A DNA stretch of 64,000 bases. It comes from an uncultured Oligoflexus sp. (GTDB lineage: Bacteria > Bdellovibrionota_B > Oligoflexia > Oligoflexales > Oligoflexaceae). Positions 1 to 9,866 of the stretch are shown one piece after another. The stretch is taken from positions 1 to 64,000 of the forward strand of contig CAXSGP010000006.1 in assembly GCA_964236955.1 (NCBI GenBank). Reading direction: 5' to 3'. A program made the position numbers and the translations under genes. The notes below the pieces were generated by a model. That model had not been told where the DNA came from. It was given only the letters and a program-made list of their open reading frames with translations, and did no database searches. Every line of letters begins with the position of its first letter. Positions within the stretch are counted from its first letter, which is position 1.

Positions 1-274
1 GCGCACGTGGCAAGAAGCGCTTCAACTTTTGGCCTTCGTCTACGTAGACAAACTGAACAACTAAACGGTCAACATCTACTGTTGATGTGCTAGTTGCATT
101 CGCCATCGCTGACTGAATTAACTTCGCCAACAACGGAGCGGTTTTCTTTTGAGTTGCCTTCAGCATATCGAGAGCCACGGAAACTGGCTTTCCTCTCACT
201 AGATCTGTTACCAACCGCGCTTTGCGGGGTGTTACACGAATGTCCCTAAGGACAGCTTTATATGAACGTTCCAA
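1..274 (-). CDS. rplV: 50S ribosomal protein L22 (3' end runs off the window edge)
   Basis: Translated by hand from TTG at 274 after a GGGAG SD: (M)ERSYKAVLRDIRVTPRKARLVTDLVRGKPV...SAMANA...VDEGQKLKRFLPRA. It follows rpsS, as in S10 operon order. Confidence 0.95.
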   Translation of the reverse strand, partial: MERSYKAVLRDIRVTPRKARLVTDLVRGKPVSVALDMLKATQKKTAPLLAKLIQSAMANATSTSTVDVDRLVVQFVYVDEGQKLKRFLPRA

Positions 275-292
275 GGCCTAGCTCCCTATCCG

Positions 293-562
293 TTACTTCT
301 TACCTTTTTTGTCTGAACCATGGCCGTAGTAGGTACGGGTAGGTGCAAACTCGCCCAACTTGTGGCCGACCATATTTTCTGAGACAAAAACCGGAACAAA
401 CTTCTTGCCATTGTGAACAAGGAAGTTCAGACCAACGAAGTCAGGAACTATAGTGGAGCGACGGCTCCACGTCTTGATTGGCTTCTTGTCTTTAAGTGCC
501 ACGTCAGCTTTCTTCATGAGATAGCTGTCCACAAAAGGGCCTTTTTTAACCGAACGAGCCAT
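293..562 (-). CDS. rpsS: 30S ribosomal protein S19
   Basis: [12 protein letters not shown]...KTWSRRS...[11 protein letters not shown] signature. Confidence 0.99.
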   Translation of the reverse strand: MARSVKKGPFVDSYLMKKADVALKDKKPIKTWSRRSTIVPDFVGLNFLVHNGKKFVPVFVSENMVGHKLGEFAPTRTYYGHGSDKKGKK

Positions 563-577
563 TGAACATACCTCCGT

Positions 578-1405
578 TTACTTGGCGTTTCTACGACGAA
601 TGATGTCTTTATCAGTTCGTTTGTTATGGCGAGTCTTGTGACCTTTAGTCGGTAGACCCCAAGGAGATACCGGGTGGCGACCACCAGAAGTACGACCTTC
701 ACCACCACCATGAGGGTGATCAACTGGGTTCATGACTACACCACGAACAGTTGGGCGAATACCTTTCCAACGGTTTCGACCAGCTTTACCGATAGAAACG
801 TTGATATGATCAGCGTTCGATACCGAACCGATGGTAGCAAAGCACTCTTCACGAACACGGCGCATCTCACCGCTCGGAAGCCGAAGCTGAGCATGACCAT
901 CTACACGGCCGACCAACTGAACAGAAGCGCCTGCGGAGCGAGCCATTTGGCCACCTTTGCCTGCCTTCAATTCGACATTGTGAACGGCTGTTCCAAGCGG
1001 AATGCTTTTCAGTGGCATCGCGTTACCGACTTTGACATCGACAACAGCCGCAGCGAGTACGGGATCACCTTTTTTCAAGCCGTTAGGGGCAAGAATATAG
1101 CGACGTTCGCCGTCAGCATAAAGGATACGGGCGATGAACGAAGTACGGTTGGGATCATACTCGATGTATTCAACCTTACCGGGAACATCGCGCTTCGAGC
1201 GTTTGAAGTCGATGATACGATAGTGTTGGCGTCCGCCCCCACCTTGGTGTCTGACCGTAATACGGCCGGTATTGTTACGGCCGCCTTGATTGCTTATAGA
1301 CTCAAGGAGCAAACTATAAGGCTCAACTCGGTCAAGCACCGAATAATCAACAACGGATGCACCACGGCGTGATGGAGACGTTGGTTTGTAAAGCTTAACT
1401 GCCAT
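578..1405 (-). CDS. rplB: 50S ribosomal protein L2
   Basis: [15 protein letters not shown] and [13 protein letters not shown] motifs. Confidence 0.99.
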   Translation of the reverse strand: MAVKLYKPTSPSRRGASVVDYSVLDRVEPYSLLLESISNQGGRNNTGRITVRHQGGGGRQHYRIIDFKRSKRDVPGKVEYIEYDPNRTSFIARILYADGERRYILAPNGLKKGDPVLAAAVVDVKVGNAMPLKSIPLGTAVHNVELKAGKGGQMARSAGASVQLVGRVDGHAQLRLPSGEMRRVREECFATIGSVSNADHINVSIGKAGRNRWKGIRPTVRGVVMNPVDHPHGGGEGRTSGGRHPVSPWGLPTKGHKTRHNKRTDKDIIRRRNAK

Positions 1406-1419
1406 GTTCGCGTTCTCCG

Positions 1420-1707
1420 TTATTGATCTTCAAAGATCGGGAGCTTCACACCCTCAGCCAAAGTCACGACCGCTTTTTTGGTCAGACTTGTCTGTGAGTA
1501 CTTGGATCCGCGACGTTTAAATTTTCCGCGTTGGATGAGTGTTCTAACAGCTAGAACATCAATATTCCACATCGCCGAGATCGCTTTTCTCACGTCTGCT
1601 TTAGACGCTTCTTTGCGAATGATAAACGTGTACTTGTTTTCTTGTTCACGAACCTGGTTGCTTTTTTCAGTAAGCAAAGGTTTTACGATTACATAAAAAG
1701 GATTCAT
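1420..1707 (-). CDS. rplW: 50S ribosomal protein L23
   Basis: PLLTEKS...KKAVVTL motifs; lies between rplD and rplB. Confidence 0.97.
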   Translation of the reverse strand: MNPFYVIVKPLLTEKSNQVREQENKYTFIIRKEASKADVRKAISAMWNIDVLAVRTLIQRGKFKRRGSKYSQTSLTKKAVVTLAEGVKLPIFEDQ

Positions 1708-1708
1708 T

Positions 1709-2335
1709 TTATGCCTCCACGCCGATACGAGCGTTTAGAGCCTCAAGACCTTTTTCGCTGATAATCAGCGCTTCGTAACGAAGAAGGTCGACAACGTTGA
1801 ATTCTGAAACTGCTATCGCTGTTGCGCCATGGATGTTGCGCGCAGAGCGGTAGAGGAATCCATCGCCAACTACATCAGCCAGTAGGGCCTTTGGAGCCTC
1901 GAGTGCTTTCAATGCCGTAACAACAGCTTTTGTTGAGTATGTGTCGAAGCCAAGGCTATCAACAACGATCAACTTGCCAGCAGCTACTTTGTCAGACAAA
2001 GCGATTTTCAAGGCAAGTGTTTTGACTTGCTTGTTTACTTTGAGACGGTAGTCACGGGGCTGTGGACCGTGCGACTGAGCGCCACCTGGATAGATGTTGG
2101 CGCGAGTCGAACCAGAACGGGCACCACCTGTACCTTTTTGTTTGTACGGCTTCTTACCGCCGCCGCTTACATACGAACGTGTTTTCGTTGCGTGTGTACC
2201 CTGGCGTTGGTTGGCAAGATGAGCCTTTACAACGTGGTGCAAAACGTGTTCGTTAAGCTCAACCTTGTAGATCGAATCGGGTAGATCGATCGTCTTTACT
2301 GCTTTACCTTGAATGTTCTTAACTTGTAGTTGCAT
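1709..2335 (-). CDS. rplD: 50S ribosomal protein L4
   Basis: RQGTHATKTRS..SGGGKKPYKQKGTGGAR motif. Confidence 0.98.
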   Translation of the reverse strand: MQLQVKNIQGKAVKTIDLPDSIYKVELNEHVLHHVVKAHLANQRQGTHATKTRSYVSGGGKKPYKQKGTGGARSGSTRANIYPGGAQSHGPQPRDYRLKVNKQVKTLALKIALSDKVAAGKLIVVDSLGFDTYSTKAVVTALKALEAPKALLADVVGDGFLYRSARNIHGATAIAVSEFNVVDLLRYEALIISEKGLEALNARIGVEA

Positions 2336-2357
2336 TTAAACCATTCCCCCAGAACCC

Positions 2358-3011
2358 TTATTTTTTAGGCTCTTTGGCTTTCACTGAAGGTTTGACGATC
2401 ACGAAACCGTTGCGAGATCCTGGTACGGAACCCTTAAGCGCAATAACATTCGCTTCAACGTCTACGTCTACGACTTTGAGATTTTGAATCGTCACTTGGT
2501 CGCAACCCATGTGGCCAGGAACTTCCTTGTTTTTGAATACGCGACCTGGGGTCGTACGCATTCCAAGAGAACCCGGTAAGCGACCGAAATGCGAACCGTG
2601 TGATCGGCGACCACCGGCGTGGTTCCATCGTGTGATAGCGCCCTCAAAGCCGTGGCCCTTGGTAATACCCGTGACGTCGACCGAAGAAACCTCTGCGTAA
2701 AGGGAAACGTTGATGGAGCTGCCAATTTGCAAACCATCAACTGGGCCTTCGGTGCGGAATTCTTTAAAGCGACTGAAGCTCTCAGAAACTCCAACTTTGC
2801 GAAGACGACTCACGTCGGGCTTCGTCAATTTGCGTTCTGCTTTTTCGTAGTAACCTAATTGGATGCCGTGGTAACCATCGCGTTCTGGCGTCAGAAGCTT
2901 AGTAACCTTTTGGCCTTCGATCTTCAGCAGGGTTACTGGGATCATTTGCCCTTCAGCATCCAAAACTCGGGTCATACCCACTTTTTTTGCGATTAGTCCG
3001 TGAATTGTCAT
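2358..3011 (-). CDS. rplC: 50S ribosomal protein L3
   Basis: KKVGMT, KGHGFEG, SHGSH, PGRVFK and GSVPG motifs. Confidence 0.98.
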   Translation of the reverse strand: MTIHGLIAKKVGMTRVLDAEGQMIPVTLLKIEGQKVTKLLTPERDGYHGIQLGYYEKAERKLTKPDVSRLRKVGVSESFSRFKEFRTEGPVDGLQIGSSINVSLYAEVSSVDVTGITKGHGFEGAITRWNHAGGRRSHGSHFGRLPGSLGMRTTPGRVFKNKEVPGHMGCDQVTIQNLKVVDVDVEANVIALKGSVPGSRNGFVIVKPSVKAKEPKK

Positions 3012-3091
3012 GACTTATATTCAACCTGTCGTTGAGTGATTCGGTTCCCAAAGGCGACTGTTCAGAACGACGACTCTTCGGCGCCTGCTGC

Positions 3092-3403
3092 TTAGTAAAG
3101 CTTGATTTCTACATCAACGCCTGCAGCAAGATCGAGCTTCATTAGAGCGTCAATCGTTTGAGCTTTCGCATCCATGATGTCGAGTACTCGCTTGTGAGTT
3201 CTGATTTCGAACTGCTCTCGGGACTTCTTGTCTACGTGTGGACTGCGCAGCACTGTGTAGCGATTGATAGAGGTTGGCAATGGGATTGGCCCAGCTACTC
3301 TTGCTCCGGTTCGCTTTGCTCGCTCGACGATCTCAACTGCAGATTGATCTAGCAATCGGTGATCGTAACCTTTAAGACGGATTCTGATGTTTTGACTGCT
3401 CAT
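3092..3403 (-). CDS. rpsJ: 30S ribosomal protein S10
   Basis: [17 protein letters not shown] and [20 protein letters not shown] motifs. ATG at 3403 preferred over TTG at 3412. Confidence 0.99.
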   Translation of the reverse strand: MSSQNIRIRLKGYDHRLLDQSAVEIVERAKRTGARVAGPIPLPTSINRYTVLRSPHVDKKSREQFEIRTHKRVLDIMDAKAQTIDALMKLDLAAGVDVEIKLY

Positions 3404-3525
3404 ACTTCCCAAACCTAGTCAATTTGATTAGGATGACGATTAAACGAGGCAAGTCGGACTTAGGCAGACTTTTGCGGTGGCATGGGCTTGCTTTGATGCA
3501 GGCTTACCTCATTTGTGGAGGCCAA

Positions 3526-3554
3526 CTTATAGACCCGGGCCGACTTGGTGTCAA
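3526..3554 (-). promoter_or_regulatory. sigma70-type promoter of the S10 operon
   Basis: Minus strand reads TTGACA-N17-TATAAG with an A/T-rich upstream tract, about 120 nt before rpsJ. Confidence 0.75.
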
Positions 3555-3647
3555 TATATTTCCTGATTATGAGACGACTTTTCTTTCTCATTGGTTTTCG
3601 TATTTTATCAGCTTCACCCGTCGCCTCTTCTTAGGCAGAGTTTCTGA

Positions 3648-3788
3648 GGCAGGGTTTGCATCGTTTCACGCCTCACACTTGGTTATTTAGTCATACTCAT
3701 TTTTCGCAGGGGGCAGGGTTTGCATCGTTTCACGCCTCACACTTGGTTATTTAGTCATACTCATTTTTCGCAGGGGGCAGGGTTTGCA
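3648..3788. repeat. Exact tandem duplication, 64-bp unit, about 2.2 copies
   Basis: The unit GGCAGGGTTTGCATCGTTTCACG...TTTTCGCAGGG starts at 3648 and 3712. Its first 13 bp (GGCAGGGTTTGCA) recur at 3776. Confidence 0.95.
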
Positions 3789-4782
3789 AGCATTCAAAAG
3801 CCAGTCTCTTTTTGCGTGTATTTGGTTTTTATCGACGGATCTCGCCTACGGTCGCTGCGTTCTTGAGGAAAACGAGACCTTAAAGGACATTAAAAGCGCC
3901 TTCTGTAGCGTGAATAATTTTCATCTGTTTGGTTTGGGAGCAGAAAGCGAAGGGGCGACGGCCGCCGCCGCTTCGGTAATCGACACGGACACGTCTTATT
4001 TTTTATGGCGCAAAGTTTCCCTGCATTTTAAAGGATACGTCAAAGGCTACTATCAAAAGCAGAAGACGGGTGCTGCTGAAACTGGCTTTGACAGAAGTAC
4101 CGATCAAGGCTTTATTCATTTCGGTCATAAGCTAGAAGACCCAGTTCAGCTCTCGATCGGCCGATTACCCTTGCCGTTTGGCCTTCATCACGAGATTTTG
4201 CCCTACGAACTGCCCCAGCGAACGGAAGGGTTTTGGGACAGGAGTGTAAATGGGGCGGTGTTTCGATGGCGCCTTAAAAGCGACTTTACTCTGGACCTCG
4301 GAGGAACCAATAAGAATCCTGATAAACTTGCCGATAGGGAGTTTTCTGCCTTCACGCTGCGCGCGACCCAGCATCTTGACCTTCTCGGTGGCACCAAACT
4401 TATTGGCTCCTATCAAAACCATGGGGGCAGCACGGTCGGCAAAATGGGGCTGGCAACGATCGTCTTTTATAACGACGACGTCACCAGCCTCGAATGGGTG
4501 CGGGTGGCTGAGAATTGGCGAACACAGAGCTATCAGCAGCTTTTCCGCTTTGTCTACCAAAACCGCAGCGGTGACGATCTCTGGACCTTTGAATATGATG
4601 ACTTAAGGCATGACTCATGGCGCATGGCCCTGTCGATAGGACGAAATCTGAGCCCGGACCTGGTCTTGGGTGGGGCACTCCAGTACGAGAGAGAACGCAA
4701 CTACCGCCGCTCCAACTGGGTGGGTCTCATCAATCTCAACTATGCGCTTACCCTACAAACCCATCTTTTGAGAAATCTATGA
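3784..4782 (+). CDS. Putative outer-membrane beta-barrel/porin-like protein
   Basis: Signal-peptide-like N-terminus, alternating amphipathic strands, porin-like IGRLPLPFG motif and a near-C-terminal LNYAL strand. Confidence 0.55.
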   Translation: MQAFKSQSLFACIWFLSTDLAYGRCVLEENETLKDIKSAFCSVNNFHLFGLGAESEGATAAAASVIDTDTSYFLWRKVSLHFKGYVKGYYQKQKTGAAETGFDRSTDQGFIHFGHKLEDPVQLSIGRLPLPFGLHHEILPYELPQRTEGFWDRSVNGAVFRWRLKSDFTLDLGGTNKNPDKLADREFSAFTLRATQHLDLLGGTKLIGSYQNHGGSTVGKMGLATIVFYNDDVTSLEWVRVAENWRTQSYQQLFRFVYQNRSGDDLWTFEYDDLRHDSWRMALSIGRNLSPDLVLGGALQYERERNYRRSNWVGLINLNYALTLQTHLLRNL

Positions 4783-7430
4783 CGCGATATTGCTTTTTAT
4801 GTGTCATGGCCTTGCTGTGGAGCCCCTACGGCCACTCCCAGATCAGTGGCTATCGGTCGACGATTTCGAAGGAATTTCGAAAGGACGAAACCAATCAGGC
4901 CCCTGGCTTTGAGATTTTGAATCGCAGCATTCAAAACCATGCGATCGCTAGCAGCCTCGCTTCTAACGCTGGCGAAATCAACCGCACCGTCGAATCCTTA
5001 ATGGAAAGCCTTTTTTATTCTATTATGGACCAGACCGCGAGCCTTTCGGTGAGTGACACGCTCAGTGCGCGAGCCAGCTATGAACGTGAGGTTCAATCGA
5101 CGGGCATCGGCACCTATGTTGTCTTTGATCGATTCCGGATCGGTCCAGAAATATTGAAAGGGCTTGGGAAGATCCGCGGCCTGCCGCTGACGTTTCGGGA
5201 TCAAAATAAACTCTTTTTGACCAACGTCAGCTACCGCAGCGATGCCCAGCGCAAGGCTAACAGCCAGACACGCTCGGGATGGCGGGAACTTGCCAACAAT
5301 TGGTTTGGCGGTCTACCCCTGCTAACCCGCATACTACCGCCCTCGTTCAACCCGGAAGAGCTCTACGATCCTATCTCTTACCTTGAGACACCCTTTTTGT
5401 TCCCCAAAAATTCCGATCAAGCGCTGGCAATGCCGCTTGGAACCGTGCGGAGCTACGGCCTTTCGGGATCAGCAGGCCTTGCCATCGATGTGGCTGGAAA
5501 GCCCCTTAAGCATCTTCAGGAATCGTTGAGCCTTGGTGATTTGGACTTTGGGATTCCAGTCGGTGGTTTTTTAGAAGGAGAGCATCAAATCAGTATCCTG
5601 CATACTCGTGAAAATGAAGTGTGGCTTGCCGTCTCGGAGATAAGGCAAGTGGGAGGAATCGTTGACATAAGTCTTGGAAAACGCTATCAGATCTTTCACA
5701 ATCTGGTGAAATGGTGGACCGGATCGATCGCCACCATAGCTCCTATCGACTTTGAAATGGAGCGCTCGAAGATTTTACAAAAGGATGAACTCTATACCTT
5801 CGACCTTAGTAAAAAAGATGCTCGTGAGGCTTTAAATAAAGCTCTTAATGGGGACCTCTCCCTTGCCAAAAGCACCAGCATGCGCAGCGCTCAGGCGGAT
5901 GAAAGCGGCGTGCATTTTCAGTTTCGCCGGATCAGTAATCGCGACGAAGACAGCGCCCGCAATGCCAGGAGTTTGTTTGTCCTGCAAAGTCAAAAGCGCA
6001 ATCGCATCAACGATGGTGAAATCACACGGATCGATGACAGCGGGGAAATCGTCACACTTGAGGCGGAGCATGCCGTCCAGGATCGAGACTGGAACGTTTT
6101 GACGGGCGCTGAGACGGTTGATGTAAACTTTCGCTATGGTCTGCCAGTTCTTAAAAAAGTTCAAAACAATGAAACCTTTTACAAAGCAATGGACCTTCAA
6201 GAACCCAATTATCTGGTCGCCAACCTTCGGATCATCGATAGATTTCACGACAGCGGGGATTATGCGCGTTCCGTCGAGATGCTGAGACATTTTTCTCATC
6301 TGCCGCTCAATCAGGTGCCGGCCATTCCCCTCTATGCGAGCGATCTGGAGGATCGCTTTCGCCGTGAGCAGGCCTTTCAAAATCCAATGGATACAGCTTT
6401 TGAAAAAGATGTTCCTCCGACTCATTTGGGCCGCTTTGAAGCCTTTGCTCATGTCTATATCAATCAGGAGACTTTAAAGAACATTGGCCGCCTAGAACCG
6501 GCAGCGTTTTGGAGGGCCTATGCTCAGTCCTTTGGACTTGATGAGAAATATTGGGCCCGGCAAACGGAGTCAAGGGGCTCGGCCTATTACTTGAACTGGT
6601 TAGGGTCATTTGCCTTGATGCCGTTAAGGCTTTTTAATATGAAGACCAGTTATTCCGACTATGTCTATGAGGGGCAAAGGATACGTGATGCTCTGGAAAA
6701 AATTTCGGCGGCAACTGAGCCCTCTGAGATTTTAAGCGCCTACCGCCAGCTTATGGACACCAATCATCCGGCCGAACTCTTAAATACCATCAGCGAACTC
6801 GCCCCGGTTGAACTCCCATCCGTCGTCGGTTTTACGACCTCGCCCGATGATAACAAGACCGATACGCCGGATATGAAATCAGCGAAAAAAGCCTTTGGAA
6901 AGCTGAATAATCGCAAGATTCAAACCAAAATTGCCTTGCCGACCTTAAAGAGGAATCAAAGCGCCGAGGAAAAGCTTGCCGCCTTTACTCCAGGTGGATA
7001 TGTCGACGAATCGAATAGTCCGCAGCTTAGACAATTGACCCTGAGCGTGCGACAGGTGCCTCCGGACCCAAGTCCACGTTTAATTGCTTCCGTTGAAGTG
7101 ACCGGCAATGACGCTCTGAAAGAAAAGCTACAGGGTTATATCCGGGTTGAAGAGAACGGACCCCTAACCCTTGGCCGTTTTGTGCTGAGCGAAGAGGTTA
7201 AACCTTTGAGGTTAATCAGTCAATCGAAGGCGAGCGCTGAAGACCGCCAGGTCTATGAGGTCGACCTCAACGGCCGCGATGGCCTGAGCAAGAGTGACTT
7301 TTTTGATTTGGCCCTAAAAGATAAGGGAGCCTTCGATCTCTATCTTAGCGTTTCCAATCAGGAAGACAATTGGGGTCAGGAACAAAGGCTGAGCTTTGAT
7401 ATCCAAAATGGATTGCTACGCGATTTTTGA
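4779..7430 (+). CDS. Large exported hypothetical protein (883 aa)
   Basis: Long ORF. ATG at 4779 overlaps the upstream TGA (ATGA) and is followed by a Sec-like signal (MTRYCFLCVMALLWSPYGHS). No family recognised. Confidence 0.8.
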   Translation: MTRYCFLCVMALLWSPYGHSQISGYRSTISKEFRKDETNQAPGFEILNRSIQNHAIASSLASNAGEINRTVESLMESLFYSIMDQTASLSVSDTLSARASYEREVQSTGIGTYVVFDRFRIGPEILKGLGKIRGLPLTFRDQNKLFLTNVSYRSDAQRKANSQTRSGWRELANNWFGGLPLLTRILPPSFNPEELYDPISYLETPFLFPKNSDQALAMPLGTVRSYGLSGSAGLAIDVAGKPLKHLQESLSLGDLDFGIPVGGFLEGEHQISILHTRENEVWLAVSEIRQVGGIVDISLGKRYQIFHNLVKWWTGSIATIAPIDFEMERSKILQKDELYTFDLSKKDAREALNKALNGDLSLAKSTSMRSAQADESGVHFQFRRISNRDEDSARNARSLFVLQSQKRNRINDGEITRIDDSGEIVTLEAEHAVQDRDWNVLTGAETVDVNFRYGLPVLKKVQNNETFYKAMDLQEPNYLVANLRIIDRFHDSGDYARSVEMLRHFSHLPLNQVPAIPLYASDLEDRFRREQAFQNPMDTAFEKDVPPTHLGRFEAFAHVYINQETLKNIGRLEPAAFWRAYAQSFGLDEKYWARQTESRGSAYYLNWLGSFALMPLRLFNMKTSYSDYVYEGQRIRDALEKISAATEPSEILSAYRQLMDTNHPAELLNTISELAPVELPSVVGFTTSPDDNKTDTPDMKSAKKAFGKLNNRKIQTKIALPTLKRNQSAEEKLAAFTPGGYVDESNSPQLRQLTLSVRQVPPDPSPRLIASVEVTGNDALKEKLQGYIRVEENGPLTLGRFVLSEEVKPLRLISQSKASAEDRQVYEVDLNGRDGLSKSDFFDLALKDKGAFDLYLSVSNQEDNWGQEQRLSFDIQNGLLRDF

Positions 7431-7782
7431 AAGCTTTTCATTCCGTGAATTTTGGAAATAGCCCGAAAGTTTTAAGGTGCCAGGGCTCCTCAGTCGAGTC
7501 GGCTCTGAAAACTGAAGGAGCCATGGCACTTCCGCCTTGGCAAGCAGAGTGTCACCTTGGATACTTTTCTAGGGTCTGAGCACCGTTACTTACGGGATAC
7601 CAAGATAACTGGTCAAGTCGGCATGGATTTTTGGGAAATTTGTGGGGTAAAACTCCTTGGTTTGATTATTTTGTTTACGCGTCTGGGAAAATAGGTTTTA
7701 TTATGGTCCTCCAGTGTCCTTGGCCTTAGGTCTTTGGACAAAGGTTAAGCTTAATGACATTCGTGTTAGTAGGCCTGCGAAT

Positions 7783-7859
7783 GGTGGGTATGGCGAAGTG
7801 GTTAACGCATCGGATTGTGATTCCGACATACGTGGGTTCGAAACCCATTACCCACCCCA
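7783..7859 (+). tRNA. tRNA-His (GTG)
   Basis: G-1 plus GTGGGTA/TACCCAC acceptor stem, anticodon arm TCGGA-TTGTGAT-TCCGA, GGTTCGAAA T-loop and encoded CCA. Confidence 0.97.
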
Positions 7860-8541
7860 TTCTTCTTTTACACTAGTTCAAGTTTTCCATCTCCATCCCT
7901 AATGATTTACTGCATTAAATGCAGTCGTTCCTGTCATCCTCTCGCATAAACCAGGTCAATGGACAATCCACAGACATGCCTATGAGCCTTATAAAAACAA
8001 ATCCAGTGAGGGGCGGATCGTCCTCTGCCCCTTATACCTGACCCATATTTACATTAAAAAATAAGACCTCCATATAGACCCAAAATCATCTGTTTTTTGG
8101 GACGTTCTTGCCACGAGCTTTGGAAATCTTTTTGATCAGGATCTGGTCTTTCCCAATTCTCATGACAAAGATTGTATTCTTGGGTTTCATTCCTTCGGAC
8201 GGTAACTGGGCCAGGATCCACAAAACATTCCCATCCCATAAGAGAACAAAGATCCGAAAAAGCGGCTCCTAAGCACTCAATGCCATTGCCCAAACCCTAG
8301 ACAATATCATCTCAGGCCGACAAAGAAATGATCACTGGCCCCCAATCCTACGCCTTGGAAACCGAGATTTGGTTTGGGCTTACGATGATTTTAGGAGCCT
8401 TGAACCATCCATCCGACAGAGGGCTCACAAGGCAATGCCCTAAAAATATAAACGAATGCACTTTTGTAAGCTCTGTGCTTTAGCAAACTTCGCCGACTCT
8501 TCCCCAGCCCAAGCCCGACTTCGCCCTCGATCATCTCTAGG

Positions 8542-8557
8542 TGGCGCAAAAATTGCT
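8542..8557 (+). promoter_or_regulatory. Candidate sigma54 (-24/-12) promoter of the lipase gene
   Basis: TGGCGC-AAAAA-TTGCT, with GG and GC separated by exactly 10 nt, about 140 nt upstream of the ATG. Confidence 0.6.
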
Positions 8558-8699
8558 TGATGCTTCTTTAGAGTAAGTTCGAGAAATATCGATTCGATTC
8601 CTATCGCCCTCTGGAGCAATATCTTCAGCGCCAGCGCTTATCCTATGGATAAACCTTGAACAATGTTCTCATCCACCTCGCCCCAAGATTGGACCAAAC

Positions 8700-9794
8700 A
8701 TGGAATGGAAACTTCAATCCCCAGGCTTTGCTGCGCTGGCGTTTATAGGGCTTGCTCTACTCGGCACCCGATGTGCCGACAAAAAGACCGAATTTACCCC
8801 ACCAACCGAAGCGGAGCTCGATACTTCGGACCATGATCTGTTGACCAAATCGGGCGAGCCTATTGCCGAGCCCGTGATTGAGGCTAATCAAAATCAAAGT
8901 ATTGACCCGCCCGAAGCTGCACAAGCCGTCGATCCCAATCCCTGCAAGACGCGGTTTCCTATTCTCCTCGTGCATGGAGTGGCCCTTCGCGATGCCGTCC
9001 TTGGACAAAATTATTTTGGCCGCATTCCAAACCACTTAAAAAGTAAGTGTAAGGTTGATGTGTATCAAGGAGGGCAGGACGCCTTCTCTATCATAGATGT
9101 GAATGCCGATCAGCTGAAAGATCGCATCCTCTACCTGACCGATACGCTGGGCTATAAAAAGATCAACGTCATCGCGCATTCGAAAGGTGGCCTTGATATT
9201 CGCTTTATGTTCTATAAGTATAAGGGCCTGACTATAAACGGTCGTAGCTTGAATGATCGCGTGGCCTCATTCACAACTCTATCGACCCCCCATCGCGGTA
9301 GCGTTCTCGCCGATTATCTTTTGGAGCGATTTGATAAACTTTCCGAAAAACTTGTATTCATAGCCCTTGATATCTTCGGCTTTAGTCAAAAAGATTCCAA
9401 GGCTTCCAGCGCCGAACAGTCGATGACAGCGCTGTCGCCCAAAGTCATGGAAGAGTGGAATGCCAAGATGGGCGATCTTGCGCGCGGTATTCCCGATGTC
9501 TACTGCCAAAGTTGGGCGGCAAATATCTCGGGATATATTCAAGACCCAGCCCTTTGGACAACTTCTAAAATGATGGCTTCCGTGGGCACCAAGATAAATG
9601 ACGGCGCCGTGGATGAACCCTCTGCTATCTATGGAAATTACCGGGGAGTGGTAGGCCACGGCATGTTTGGAGGGGTTTCTCACTTTGCTATAGTGGATAG
9701 GGCCTTAGGCATTGCACCGGGAATAACGCCAGGATTCAATGTCCTAACATTTTATACGGACATGCTTGCTGATCTTAAAGAAAAAGGTTTTTAA
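8700..9794 (+). CDS. Exported alpha/beta-hydrolase (triacylglycerol lipase/esterase), possibly a lipoprotein
   Basis: PILLVHG oxyanion motif, AHSKGG nucleophile elbow, LSTPHRGS, NDGAV (Asp) and SH (His). Hydrophobic N-terminus followed by Cys. Confidence 0.9.
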   Translation: MEWKLQSPGFAALAFIGLALLGTRCADKKTEFTPPTEAELDTSDHDLLTKSGEPIAEPVIEANQNQSIDPPEAAQAVDPNPCKTRFPILLVHGVALRDAVLGQNYFGRIPNHLKSKCKVDVYQGGQDAFSIIDVNADQLKDRILYLTDTLGYKKINVIAHSKGGLDIRFMFYKYKGLTINGRSLNDRVASFTTLSTPHRGSVLADYLLERFDKLSEKLVFIALDIFGFSQKDSKASSAEQSMTALSPKVMEEWNAKMGDLARGIPDVYCQSWAANISGYIQDPALWTTSKMMASVGTKINDGAVDEPSAIYGNYRGVVGHGMFGGVSHFAIVDRALGIAPGITPGFNVLTFYTDMLADLKEKGF

Positions 9795-9812
9795 AGGCCG
9801 GCGATATTTTAT

Positions 9813-9845
9813 AAAAAAAGACTTTGCCATAAGCAAAGTCTTTTT
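9813..9845. terminator. Bidirectional intrinsic terminator
   Basis: AAAAAGACTTTGC-CATAA-GCAAAGTCTTTTT between convergent genes. Confidence 0.85.
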
Positions 9846-9866
9846 GATTGGGTCCTGATTTTCAAG

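Noticed and set aside
3478..3492. sigma54-like TGGCATGGGCTTGCT
   Set aside because: GG-to-GC spacing is 9 nt rather than the required 10.
3648..3788. Mini-CRISPR array (three 13-bp repeats with 51-bp spacers)
   Set aside because: The spacers are identical, the repeat is too short and there are no cas genes, so this is a tandem duplication.
4617..4778. Upstream extension of the 937-aa ORF
   Set aside because: It overlaps the preceding gene. ATG 4779 gives an ATGA overlap and a signal peptide.
7576..7584. CTGAGCACC match to the tRNA-Leu 3' end as an att site
   Set aside because: Only 9 bp, no integrase is present, and the intervening DNA is core genes.
8054..8293. 79-aa minus-strand ORF after tRNA-His
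   Set aside because: No convincing SD or recognisable protein features, so I cannot support it.
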